From the NCBI GenBank assembly GCA_026770705.1, contig JANJGN010000546.1:1-64000 (forward strand): a stretch of 64,000 nt of DNA, written 5' to 3'. Made by a program: the position numbers and the translations under genes. Below the pieces are notes generated by a model, which saw only the letters and a program-made list of their open reading frames with translations, did not search any database and was not told where the DNA came from. Shown piece after piece: positions 12,868 through 27,164 of the stretch. How positions within the stretch are numbered: position 1 is the first letter of the stretch; every line of letters starts with the position of its first letter. This stretch comes from Isurus oxyrinchus. Taxonomy: Eukaryota.

Positions 12868-13875
12868 GCCTCCTCCCCCTCCTCATCCCCTTCCTCATCC
12901 CCTCCCCCTCCTCATCCCCCTCCTCATCCCCTTCCTCATCCCCTCCCCCTCCTCCTCCCCTCCTCATCCCCCTCCTCATCCCCGTACTCATCTCCCTCCC
13001 TATCTCCCTCCTCATCCCCCTCTTCATCCCCCTGCTCATTTCCTCCTCATCTCCCTCCTTATCCCCTCCTCATCCCCCTCTTCATCGTCCTCCTCACCCC
13101 CCTCCTCAACCCCCTCCTCATCTCCCTCCTCATCCCCCACCTCATCCCCTCCTCATTCCCTCCTCATCCCCCTCCTCATCATCCTCCTGACCCCCCTCCT
13201 CATCCCCTCCTAATCCCCCTCCTCATCCCCTCCTCATCCCCCTCCTCATCCTCATCCCCTCCTCATCCCCACCTCATCCCTTCCTCATCCTCCTCCTCAT
13301 CTCCCTCCTCATCACCTCTTCATCCCCCTCCTCATCCCCCTCCTCATCCACTTCTCATCCCCTCCTCATCCCCCTCTTCATCTCCCTCCTCATCACCTCT
13401 TCATCCCCCTCCTCATCCCCTCCTCATCCTCCTACTCATCCCCTTCTCATCCTCCTCCTCATCTCCCTCCTCATCACCCTCCTCATCCCCTCCTCATCCT
13501 CCTCCTCATCTCCCTCCTCATCCCCTCCTCATCTCCCTCCTCATCTCCCTCCTCATCCCCCTTCTCATCCCCTCCTCATCCTCCTCCTCATCTCCCTCCT
13601 CATCCCCCTCCTCATCTCCTCCACATCCTCCTCATCTCCCTCCTCATCCCCTCCTCTTCCCCTTCCTCATTCCCCTCCTCATCCTCCTCTTCATCCCCTC
13701 ATCATCCCCTCCGCTTCCCCCTTTCATCTCCCTCCTCTTCCCCCTCCTCATCCCCCTCCTCATTCCCCTCCTCATTCTCCTCCTCATCCCCACTCATCTA
13801 CCTCCTCATCTCCTTCCTCTTCCTCCTCCTCTTCCCCCTCCTCACCCCCCTCCTCATCCCCCTCCTCATCCCCTT
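12868..13875 (+). repeat. C-rich CCTCAT satellite, unit 2 (~1 kb)
   Basis: Same motif. Confidence 0.95.
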
Positions 13876-16800
13876 CTCTCTCACAAACACAATCTCTCTC
13901 TATCGCACTCTTCTGCTCTATCTCTCTCTCACACACACACACATTCTCTCTCTAACACTCACAATCTCTCTCTATCACACTCTTCTGCTCTATCTCTCTC
14001 TCTCTCACACACACATTCTCTCTCTAACCCTCACAATCTCTCTCTATCACACTCTTCTGCTCTATCTCTCTCTCTCACACACACATTCTCTCTCTAACAC
14101 TCACAATCTCTCTCTATCGCACTCTTCTGCTCTATCTCTCTCTCTCTCACACACACACATTCTCTCTCTGACACTCACAATCTCTCTCTATCACACTCTT
14201 CTGCTCTCTCTCTCTCACACACACATTCTCTCTCTAACACTCACAATCTCTCTCTATCACACGCTTCTGCTCTATCTCTCTCTCTCTCACACACACATTC
14301 TCTCTGTCTCCCTCCCTCAAATACATTCTCTCTCTCTCTCTCAGACACAAACACTCTCTCACACACTCACACACTTTCCCTAAAACTAACACAATCTCCC
14401 TTTCTGTCAAGCACACACTCTCTCACACACACACACACTCTCTCTCTCAGACACACACATTCTCTCTCTCTCAAACATTTAACATTTCTCTTCATCTCGA
14501 TCTTCTGCTGTCTCCCTCTTTCTCTCCCTCGCACACACACACACTCTCTGTCACAAACACACGCTCTCTCCCACACACTCTCTCTCACACACACACACTC
14601 TCTGTCACAAACACACTCTCTCTCCCACACACTCTCTCTCACACATTCTCACATGCACACTCTCTCCCTCATATACAAACACTCTCCCTCACACATGCAC
14701 ACACTCTCTCTATCTCTTTTTCTCTCTCACACAGTCTCTCTGTCTTTCTCTGTCTCTCAGACACTCTCTCTCTCTCTCTGATACAGAATGTTTTAAGACC
14801 TGCTCATGATTTCAGCTCAAAACCCAGGTAGATTCTCCCCAGTGAGGGAGTGGTGAGGGAGTGCTGCACTGTCAGAGGATCAGTACTGAGGGCGTGCTGC
14901 ACTGTCAGAGGGTAAGTACTGAGGGAGTACTGCACTGTCGGAGGATCAGTACTGAACACAATGTCCATTCAGAACAGCTCGGTCCCCGATCAGAGAAACA
15001 GCCTCAGACAGAACCAACTGACGCTGGAATCCATACAATTCATCAACGTGTTGGGAGTTAGTTTGATGTCGGAGATGGAGTGTTACTGGGAAGGATGGAA
15101 CCCGTCAGGATGAACAGCTCGATGTATGACAAGGAAAGGATGAGCTAAGAGGGGTTGGTCACAGACAGACGGAGCGTGTGAAGACTCAACAAGCTAATGG
15201 CAGGTGAAGAGCTGGAAAGGTGTCTTTTCAACACAAGGTTTAGACACACAACTCGATGTTTGATCGGGTATTTCAAACCAGAGAAACTCTTTACAGGGTG
15301 AATGGACCTTGTCAATAAACCATCTAGCCAACCTCGCCTGGAGATTAGTCCAATATTAGACACTAAACCGAGTCCCCCGTCTGCCCTCTCGGGCGGGTGT
15401 GAAAGATCCCACAGCCACTATTTGGAGGAAGAGCAGGGGGGAGATCTCCCCGGTGTCCTGGGACCAGTATTTATCCCTCAACCAACATCACCAAAAACAG
15501 GTGATCACATTGCTGTTTGTGGGAGCTTGCTGTGCGCTAATTGGCTGCTGCGTTTCCTACATTACAACAGTAACCACACTTCGAAAAAAGGGTGTACTCA
15601 ACTGTAAAGTGTTCTGGGACATCCAGAGACCATGCTGTACAGAAGAGATTTGACAGGAGCAGCAAGTGTTTTACTTACAGGAGAATGAGTCCCCAGGGTT
15701 GTAGAGTCAATCCTGTCAGATGAATGTCTAACTGGAGACACTTCAGGGAGCTGATCTCATTCTGGAAATGTTCAGTTTAGCAGGATCGGAGGAGAGATGA
15801 TCTTCCTCTCCTGACTGCATCGGACACGAGGTGAACTGGCTCTGGGAGGAGGGTCAGTGTTAACCCAGTTTTTCTGTGTTTGAGGGAGATGTGAAACTGG
15901 GGAAGTCACGTGGTTTTTTGGTGTGGTCACTCCATGTCTTTATTTGGTGCAGCACTCATTTAGTTCATGTCGTTGTTTCAATGCTACAAAACCACAACGC
16001 ATTCTGGACTATTTCTGCCTGACCTGCTGTCAGATACACACAGTCTGACAGAGAGGCGGAAAAGTGATCCCTAGCAACGTGTGAAACTGTGAACTCGACT
16101 CAGTCAGAATGCACACACACACATACACACACACACACACATTCACACCTACCCTCGCACACACTCTCGAACGCACTCACACACACACATACAGGCACAC
16201 ATACACGCACGCACTCAGATACACACATACACACACACAGCCAAACACGCACACACACACATACAAACTCTCTCTCTCACATAAACGTTCTCTCTCACTC
16301 CCTCTCTCAAATGCACAATCTTCTTCTCTCTCAAACATGCACACCACCTCTCTCTCGCACACTCCCTCTCTCAAACACACACACACACACGATCTCACAC
16401 ACACACTCTCACATACACAAACTCTCTCACAGACACACTCTCTCTTTCGCACACAGACTATCTCACACACACATTCTCTCTCTACCTTTCTCTCTCACAC
16501 ATAAACTCTCTCTCACTCTCACACAGACGTTCTCTTTCTCTCACACACACTCTCTCTCACACACACACAAGCTACCTCCCTCTCTCATGCACACACACTC
16601 TACCTCTCTCATGCTCTCTCACACACACTCTCTCTCTCACACACACAAGCTACCTCCCTCTCTCATGCACACACACTCTACCTCTCTCATGCTCTCTCAC
16701 ACACATTTTCTCTTTCTCTTTATCCTTCTCTCTCTCTCAAACATACACACTCTCACTCTCTCACACTCACATTGTCTCTCTCCCTCACACACTCACTCTT

Positions 16801-19800
16801 TCTTTCTGTCTCCGAGACGGAAGTTTGGGGTTTTGAGGCCATCTCAAGGTTTCAGCTCAAAACGCAGATGGACACTCACCAGTGAGGGAGTGCTGAGGGA
16901 GTGCTGCACTGTTGGAGGGTCTGCACTGAGGGAGTGCTGCACTGTTGGAGGGTCTGCACTGAGGGAGTGCTGCACTCCCATACAGTCAGTACTGAGGGAG
17001 TGCTGCACTGTTGGAGGGTCTGCACTGAGGGAGTGCTGCACTCCCAGAGGGTTAGTACTGAGGGAGTGCTGCACTGTCAGAGGGTCAGTAGTGAGGGAGC
17101 GCTGCACTGTCAGAGGGTCAGTACTGAGGGAGTGCTGCACTGTCAGAGGGTCAGTACTGAGGGAGTGCTGCACTGTCAGAGGCTCAGTGCTGAGTGAGTG
17201 CTGCACTGTCAGAGGATGAGCACTAAGGAATGCTGCTCCGTCGGAACTGCCATATTTCAGATGATGTTTGAAATTAACAACATGCCTCATGTATAATTAT
17301 ATATCATCAGCTCAAAATAAATAGATTATTCCTGTACGTTTCACTTTACTGTAAATTGTTGGCAGTTTCATTTCCTTAGAAACCAGGCTTGTGTGATCAC
17401 CACTTTTAAATAACGTTAATAATAAAGATGCAACAATACANNNNNNNNNNNNNNNNNNNNNNNNNNNNNNNNNNNNNNNNNNNNNNNNNNNNNNNNNNNN
17501 NNNNNNNNNNNNNNNNNNNNNNNNNNNNNNNNNNNNNNNNNNNNNNNNNNNNNNNNNNNNNNNNNNNNNNNNNNNNNNNNNNNNNNNNNNNNNNNNNNNN
17601 NNNNNNNNNNNNNNNNNNNNCAGACACACAAAAACACTCACACACGTTCACACTGACACACGCTTCCACAGGCAGACACACCCACACACTGACACAGACA
17701 GACATACACACATACACTCACATAAATTCGCACAGACAGGCACGCAGACAGACACACACACACACACACATAGGCAGACACACACACACACATGCCCAGA
17801 CACACGACAGAATTAAAAAGTTAGAGTCCAATATAAATTTAAAAGAATATATGATTAATACCTTTGCTTGTCTTTGAGAAATAAATTGTTGAAGGTTGCA
17901 GCTGTTCAAGGTTAATTGGTTTCCTGTGGCATCCTGGTGGTGATTTGATTCAGATTTGCACTTTGTTAAAGACGCTCTGTTAGCTTCAGAAAGAGAGAGA
18001 GAGAATTTCTGCTCTTTTCCAGCAATGTGTTTGGGTGACTGCCATCTTTCTTTTTCCTCGTACTTTCTCTTATATCTGCTTGACGGAACCTGTTGTTAAA
18101 CTCCTGTCTGTATATTCCCAAAAGGGAATTCGATCAGCATGTCTTGCATTCATTTTTACAGACCAAGTAATCCCATTTTTTGATGTTTGCATCTCTGAAA
18201 AATTTGATGCATTTCAAGATACAAATCAACAGGAGATGGAGGCATTTCATCCTCCACAAGGGGTGTTGAATGTTTGATGAATATCTGCATGGTGAGCAGA
18301 TCCCATTACCCTGATAGACCTACAGTGATCAGAGTCCAGCGCTTTGCATTTTTAAGAGAGCCCCTGTTTCAAGCGGACACTGACACACCTCAGTGAGAAC
18401 TTTCATGCAACATGTCTGAANNNNNNNNNNNNNNNNNNNNNNNNNNNNNNNNNNNNNNNNNNNNNNNNNNNNNNNNNNNNNNNNNNNNNNNNNNNNNNNN
18501 NNNNNNNNNNNNNNNNNNNNNNNNNNNNNNNNNNNNNNNNNNNNNNNNNNNNNNNNNNNNNNNNNNNNNNNNNNNNNTGGTTGACGGGGAGTGAACTGGC
18601 TCCCTTTCTATTCAAACCCCCTGGTTGGTCACAAAAAAGGGTTTAAAATATATTTTCCCCCAAATGCAATTTCCAAAACAATTAAACCACGTTTGGTTGA
18701 GTCAAAGAAAGAGTAATTTTACTAGTTACCTAACTGGAGAAAAAGTAATAAAACTGTGACAAAACACACACAAACGTACACACGCTCACACACACAGGCA
18801 CACACACATACCCATACACACACTCACACACCCATATACACACACACACACACACACACACTCATGCACACTGGCACACATGCATACACAGTCAAACGCA
18901 CACACGCACACACACACTCACACACACACACACACACACACAGACAGGTACACAGACACGCATAGTCATACACAAATGCACACACACAGAGACACACAGA
19001 CAGGCTCACACACACACAGACAAACGCATGCACACACACACAAACTCACACAGACAAGTACAAAGACACACTACGCATACACACAGACAGGCACAGACAC
19101 ACACACACACGCTCACACAGGAAGGCACACATACACACACACATACACAAACACACACACACTCACAAACACACACAGATATCAGAGGTCATATAATTAT
19201 AGAGTGCAATAAAAATTTAAAAGAGGATATGATTAAATTGTTTGCTTGTCTTTGAGGTGTAGGTTGTGAATGTTGAAGCTGTTTTAAATTAGTTGGTTAG
19301 CTCTAGAATCCTGTAGTTCATCTAGCTCAGACTTGGACGTGTTTGAAGACATTCTGTTAGCTTCAGACAGAGAGAGAGAGAAAGCGAAAGAGGGACAGAG
19401 AGAGAGAGAGAGAGAAGGAAAAATCATTTCTGTTCTTTTCTAGCAGGGTTTTTAGATGACTGCCATATTTCTTTTTCCCCTCCTTTTTCTTATAACTGCT
19501 TGGCAGAACCATTTGTTAAACTTCTGTCTGTATATTCCTGAGAGGGAATTCGATCAACATGTTTTACATTCATTGTTATAGTCCAAGTATTCCCATTTTT
19601 TATCTTTGCATCTCCAAAACATTTGATGCATTTCAAGATATAAATCAACAAGAGACGGGGGTATTGCATCCTCCACAGGGGGTTTTGAATGGCTGATGAT
19701 TATCCACTTGGTGAGCAGTTCCCACTGTTTTGATAGAACTACAGCTGATCAAAGTCCAGCACTTTGCATTTTAATGCCTTCCTTTTAAGAGTGTTCCTGT

Positions 19801-21184
19801 TTGAAGTGGACCCTGACACAAGCCAGGCATGAACTTCCATGCAACAGGTCTGCAGTGCAATTCATTTGAACCTTTCCAGAGAAGTGATCAACTTCACAGT
19901 ATCAGCAATCAGATGACTTGTGTCAGCCATTTTTCATCTGAGTACAATCTTGTATTTCTTTGAAAAACAGGTCACTTTCAGACAGTTCAATATATCTTTG
20001 GTCTGTTAGTTAAGTTGTAGGAAGCTCTTAATCGCAGTTTGCTGTTGTTGGGATATTGTCTTTGTGTGTGTGTTTGTGCATGTGTGTGTGAGTGTGTGAG
20101 TGAATGTGTGTATGTGAGAATGTGAGTGTGTTTGTGTCTGTCTGTAAGTGTGTGAGCGTTTGTATGTGTGTTTGTGTATGTGTGTGTGCGTGTCTGTATG
20201 TGTGTGAGTGTGAGTGTGCGTGTATGTGTGTGTCTGTGTGCCTGTGTGTCTGTGTGTGTGAGTGAGTGTATGAGTATGTCTGTGTGTGTCTGTGTGTGTC
20301 TGTGTGTGCCTGTGTGTGTCTGTATGTGTGTGTGTCTTTGTGTGTGTTTGTGAGAGAGAGAGTGAGTGATTCACAGAGTGAAACCTCCCTGAGTGTGGCC
20401 GGTGTGTTTAACATTTAAGGCACACAGACAGGATGTGGTTAAAAGGTGAAACCACAAGGAGTGAGTGACTTTCTCAGTGATTGTCTCTCTGTGGGTTTCC
20501 TGTGGGTTTCTGTGAACTGCCTGTGGTTTTAAAAAGAATCTTCCAACCCCACATGCACGGCATCAAATAAGGAATTGGAAGCTGCTGCTCAGAGAGTAAC
20601 TAGTCCCCCGAGAATTCACAGCCCCTCAAACACAGATTAACAGCATTAATCCTGACCGTCAGCCCACTCACTCATTGCCTCTTGTCTCAGACACTAGAAA
20701 GTGGAAGTTAAGGCCGGATTTTCACTCCCGGGTCGGGGGTCACAGAGACGGCAGAATTCACGGCTCCACCAACTCCACCTCTAAACATGTCAGTCCCAGA
20801 TTCCGATGTGTGGTCCAGGGGTCGGGGGGTGTGGGTGGGTTGGTCATGGTGGTGGGGGTGGGGGTGAGGGTGGGGGTGGTGGTGGTGGTGGTGTTGGGGG
20901 TGGTGGGGGTGGGGATGGTGTTGGGTGTGGGGGAGGGTGTGGTGGTGGGGGTGGGGGAGGTAGGGTTGGTGGGGGTGGGGGAGGGAGTGGGAGTGGTGGT
21001 GGTGGTGAGGGTGGGGGAGGGTGTGGGGGTGGGGGTGGGGATGAGGGTGGGGAGGGGGGTGGGGGAGGGGGGGTGGAGGTAGGGGTGGTGGGGGTGCAGG
21101 TCAGGTCCCTTGGGCACCGATAAAAAGCGGGGCCTTCAGAAAGGCCCATTTGAGAGGTGGGTGGTCAATGGTGAAGACCCTGTG

Positions 21185-22150
21185 CCTCCTCCCCCTCCTC
21201 ATCCCCTTCCTCATCCCCTCCCCCTCCTCCTCCCCTCCTCATCCCCCTCCTCATCCCCGTACTCATCTCCCTCCCTATCTCCCTCCTCATCCCCCTCTTC
21301 ATCCCCCTGCTCATTTCCTCCTCATCTCCCTCCTTATCCCCTCCTCATCCCCCTCTTCATCGTCCTCCTCACCCCCCTCCTCAACCCCCTCCTCATCTCC
21401 CTCCTCATCCCCCACCTCATCCCCTCCTCATTCCCTCCTCATCCCCCTCCTCATCATCCTCCTGACCCCCCTCCTCATCCCCTCCTAATCCCCCTCCTCA
21501 TCCCCTCCTCATCCCCCTCCTCATCCTCATCCCCTCCTCATCCCCACCTCATCCCTTCCTCATCCTCCTCCTCATCTCCCTCCTCATCACCTCTTCATCC
21601 CCCTCCTCATCCCCCTCCTCATCCACTTCTCATCCCCTCCTCATCCCCCTCCTCATCTCCCTCCTCATCACCTCTTCATCCCCCTCCTCATCCCCTCCTC
21701 ATCCTCCTACTCATCCCCTTCTCATCCTCCTCCTCATCTCCCTCCTCATCACCCTCCTCATCCCCTCCTCATCCTCCTCCTCATCTCCCTCCTCATCCCC
21801 TCCTCATCTCCCTCCTCATCTCCCTCCTCATCCCCCTTCTCATCCCCTCCTCATCCTCCTCCTCATCTCCCTCCTCATCCCCCTCCTCATCTCCTCCTCA
21901 TCCTCCTCATCTCCCTCCTCATCCCCTCCTCTTCCCCTTCCTCATTCCCCTCCTCATCCTCCTCTTCATCCCCTCATCATCCCCTCCGCTTCCCCCTTTC
22001 ATCTCCCTCCTCTTCCCCCTCCTCATCCCCCTCCTCATTCCCCTCCTCATTCTCCTCCTCATCCCCACTCATCTACCTCCTCATCTCCTTCCTCTTCCTC
22101 CTCCTCTTCCCCCTCCTCACCCCCCTCCTCATCCCCCTCCTCATCCCCTT
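21185..22150 (+). repeat. C-rich CCTCAT satellite, unit 3 (~1 kb)
   Basis: Same motif, nearly identical to unit 2. Confidence 0.95.
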
Positions 22151-25100
22151 CTCTCTCACAAACACAATCTCTCTCTATCGCACTCTTCTGCTCTATCTCT
22201 CTCTCACACACACACACATTCTCTCTCTAACACTCACAATCTCTCTCTATCACACTCTTCTGCTCTATCTCTCTCTCTCTCACACACACATTCTCTCTCT
22301 AACCCTCACAATCTCTCTCTATCACACTCTTCTGCTCTATCTCTCTCTCTCACACACACATTCTCTCTCTAACACTCACAATCTCTCTCTATCGCACTCT
22401 TCTGCTCTATCTCTCTCTCTCTCACACACACACATTCTCTCTCTGACACTCACAATCTCTCTCTATCACACTCTTCTGCTCTCTCTCTCTCACACACACA
22501 TTCTCTCTCTAACACTCACAATCTCTCTCTATCACACGCTTCTGCTCTATCTCTCTCTCTCTCACACACACATTCTCTCTGTCTCCCTCCCTCAAATACA
22601 TTCTCTCTCTCTCTCTCAGACACAAACACTCTCTCACACACTCACACACTTTCCCTAAAACTAACACAATCTCCCTTTCTGTCAAGCACACACTCTCTCA
22701 CACACACACACACTCTCTCTCTCAGACACACACATTCTCTCTCTCTCAAACATTTAACATTTCTCTTCATCTCGATCTTCTGCTGTCTCCCTCTTTCTCT
22801 CCCTCGCACACATACACACTCTCTGTCACAAACACACTCTCTCTCCCACACACTCTCTCTCACACACTCTCACATGCACACTCTCTCCCTCATATACAAA
22901 CACTCTCCCTCACACATGCACACACTCTCTCTATCTCTTTTTCTCTCTCACACAGTCTCTCTGTCTTTCTCTGTCTCTCAGACACTCTCTCTCTCTCTCT
23001 GATACAGAATGTTTTAAGACCTGCTCATGATTTCAGCTCAAAACCCAGGTAGATTCTCCCCAGTGAGGGAGTGGTGAGGGAGTGCTGCACTGTCAGAGGA
23101 TCAGTACTGAGGGCGTGCTGCACTGTCAGAGGGTAAGTACTGAGGGAGTACTGCACTGTCGGAGGATCAGTACTGAACACAATGTCCATTCAGAACAGCT
23201 CGGTCCCCGATCAGAGAAACAGCCTCAGACAGAACCAACTGACGCTGGAATCCATACAATTCATCAACGTGTTGGGAGTTAGTTTGATGTCGGAGATGGA
23301 GTGTTACTGGGAAGGATGGAACCCGTCAGGATGAACAGCTCGATGTATGACAAGGAAAGGATGAGCTAAGAGGGGTTGGTCACAGACAGACGGAGCGTGT
23401 GAAGACTCAACAAGCTAATGGCAGGTGAAGAGCTGGAAAGGTGTCTTTTCAACACAAGGTTTAGACACACAACTCGATGTTTGATCGGGTATTTCAAACC
23501 AGAGAAACTCTTTACAGGGTGAATGGACCTTGTCAATAAACCATCTAGCCAACCTCGCCTGGAGATTAGTCCAATATTAGACACTAAACCGAGTCCCCCG
23601 TCTGCCCTCTCGGGCGGGTGTGAAAGATCCCACAGCCACTATTTGGAGGAAGAGCAGGGGGGAGATCTCCCCGGTGTCCTGGGACCAGTATTTATCCCTC
23701 AACCAACATCACCAAAAACAGGTGATCACATTGCTGTTTGTGGGAGCTTGCTGTGCGCTAATTGGCTGCTGCGTTTCCTACATTACAACAGTAACCACAC
23801 TTCGAAAAAAGGGTGTACTCAACTGTAAAGTGTTCTGGGACATCCAGAGACCATGCTGTACAGAAGAGATTTGACAGGAGCAGCAAGTGTTTTACTTACA
23901 GGAGAATGAGTCCCCAGGGTTGTAGAGTCAATCCTGTCAGATGAATGTCTAACTGGAGACACTTCAGGGAGCTGATCTCATTCTGGAAATGTTCAGTTTA
24001 GCAGGATCGGAGGAGAGATGATCTTCCTCTCCTGACTGCATCGGACACGAGGTGAACTGGCTCTGGGAGGAGGGTCAGTGTTAACCCAGTTTTTCTGTGT
24101 TTGAGGGAGATGTGAAACTGGGGAAGTCACGTGGTTTTTTGGTGTGGTCACTCCATGTCTTTATTTGGTGCAGCACTCATTTAGTTCATGTCGTTGTTTC
24201 AATGCTACAAAACCACAACGCATTCTGGACTATTTCTGCCTGACCTGCTGTCAGATACACACAGTCTGACAGAGAGGCGGAAAAGTGATCCCTAGCAACG
24301 TGTGAAACTGTGAACTCGACTCAGTCAGAATGCACACACACACATACACACACACACACATTCACACCTACCCTCGCACACACTCTCGAACGCACTCACA
24401 CACACACATACAGGCACACATACACGCACGCACTCAGATACACACATACACACACACAGCCAAACACGCACACACACACATACAAACTCTCTCTCTCACA
24501 TAAACGTTCTCTCTCACTCCCTCTCTCAAATGCACAATCTTCTTCTCTCTCAAACATGCACACCACCTCTCTCTCGCACACTCCCTCTCTCAAACGCACA
24601 CACACACACGATCTCACACACACACTCTCACATACACAAACTCTCTCACAGACACACTCTCTCTTTCGCACACAGACTATCTCACACACACATTCTCTCT
24701 CTACCTTTCTCTCTCACACATAAACTCTCTCTCACTCTCACACAGACGTTCTCTTTCTCTCACACACACTCTCTCTCACACACACACAAGCTACCTCCCT
24801 CTCTCATGCACACACACTCTACCTCTCTCATGCTCTCTCACACACACTCTCTCTCTCACACACACAAGCTACCTCCCTCTCTCATGCACACACACTCTAC
24901 CTCTCTCATGCTCTCTCACACACATTTTCTCTTTCTCTTTATCCTTCTCTCTCTCTCAAACATACACACTCTCACTCTCTCACACTCACATTGTCTCTCT
25001 CTCTCACACACTCACTCTTTCTTTCTGTCTCCGAGACGGAAGTTTGGGGTTTTGAGGCCATCTCAAGGTTTCAGCTCAAAACGCAGATGGACACTCACCA

Positions 25101-27048
25101 GTGAGGGAGTGCTGAGGGAGTGCTGCACTGTTGGAGGGTCTGCACTGAGGGAGTGCTGCACTGTTGGAGGGTCTGCACTGAGGGAGTGCTGCACTCCCAT
25201 ACAGTCAGTACTGAGGGAGTGCTGCACTGTTGGAGGGTCTGCACTGAGGGAGTGCTGCACTCCCAGAGGGTTAGTACTGAGGGAGTGCTGCACTGTCAGA
25301 GGGTCAGTAGTGAGGGAGCGCTGCACTGTCAGAGGGTCAGTACTGAGGGAGTGCTGCACTGTCAGAGGGTCAGTACTGAGGGAGTGCTGCACTGTCAGAG
25401 GCTCAGTGCTGAGTGAGTGCTGCACTGTCAGAGGATGAGCACTAAGGAATGCTGCTCCGTCGGAACTGCCATATTTCAGATGATGTTTGAAATTAACAAC
25501 ATGCCTCATGTATAATTATATATCATCAGCTCAAAATAAATAGATTATTCCTGTACGTTTCACTTTACTGTAAATTGTTGGCAGTTTCATTTCCTTAGAA
25601 ACCAGGCTTGTGTGATCACCACTTTTAAATAACGTTAATAATAAAGATGCAACAATACANNNNNNNNNNNNNNNNNNNNNNNNNNNNNNNNNNNNNNNNN
25701 NNNNNNNNNNNNNNNNNNNNNNNNNNNNNNNNNNNNNNNNNNNNNNNNNNNNNNNNNNNNNNNNNNNNNNNNNNNNNNNNNNNNNNNNNNNNNNNNNNNN
25801 NNNNNNNNNNNNNNNNNNNNNNNNNNNNNNNNNNNCACGCAGACACACAAAAACACTCACACACGTTCACACTGACACACGCTTCCACAGGCAGACACAC
25901 CCACACACTGACACAGACAGACATACACACATACACTCACATAAATTCGCACAGACAGGCACGCAGACAGACACACACACACACACACATAGGCAGACAC
26001 ACACACACACATGCCCAGACACACGACAGAATTAAAAAGTTAGAGTCCAATATAAATTTAAAAGAATATATGATTAATACCTTTGCTTGTCTTTGAGAAA
26101 TAAATTGTTGAAGGTTGCAGCTGTTCAAGGTTAATTGGTTTCCTGTGGCATCCTGGTGGTGATTTGATTCAGATTTGCACTTTGTTAAAGACGCTCTGTT
26201 AGCTTCAGAAAGAGAGAGAGAGAATTTCTGCTCTTTTCCAGCAATGTGTTTGGTGACTGCCATCTTTCTTTTTCCTCCTACTTTCTCTTATATCTGCTTG
26301 ACGGAACCTATTGTTAAATTCCTGTCTGTATATTCCCAAAAGGGAATTCGATCAGCATGTCTTGCATTCATTTTTACAGACCAAGTAATCCCATTTTTTG
26401 ATGTTTGCATCTCTGAAACATTTGATGCATTTCAAGATACAAATCAACAGGAGATGGAGGCATTTCATCCTCCACAAGGGGTGTTGAATGTTTGATGAAT
26501 ATCTGCATGGTGAGCAGATCCCATTACCTTGATAGACCTACAGTGATCAGAGTCCAGCGCTTTGCATTTTTAAGAGAGCCCCTGTTTCAAGCGGACACTG
26601 ACACACCTCAGTGAGAACTTTCATGCAACATGTCTGAANNNNNNNNNNNNNNNNNNNNNNNNNNNNNNNNNNNNNNNNNNNNNNNNNNNNNNNNNNNNNN
26701 NNNNNNNNNNNNNNNNNNNNNNNNNNNNNNNNNNNNNNNNNNNNNNNNNNNNNNNNNNNNNNNNNNNNNNNNNNNNNNNNNNNNNNNNNNNNNTGGTTGA
26801 CGGGGAGTGAACTGGCTCCCTTTCTATTCAAACCCCCTGGTTGGTCACAAAAAAGGGTTTAAAATATATTTTCCCCCAAATGCAATTTCCAAAACAATTA
26901 AACCACGTTTGGTTGAGTCAAAGAAAGAGTAATTTTACTAGTTACCTAACTGGAGAAAAAGTAATAAAACTGTGACAAAACACACACAAACGTACACACG
27001 CTCACACACACAGGCACACACACACACCCATACACACACTCACACACC

Positions 27049-27081
<33 letters not shown>

Positions 27082-27121
27082 TCATGCACACTGGCACACA
27101 TGCATACACAATCAAACGCAC

Positions 27122-27164
<43 letters not shown>

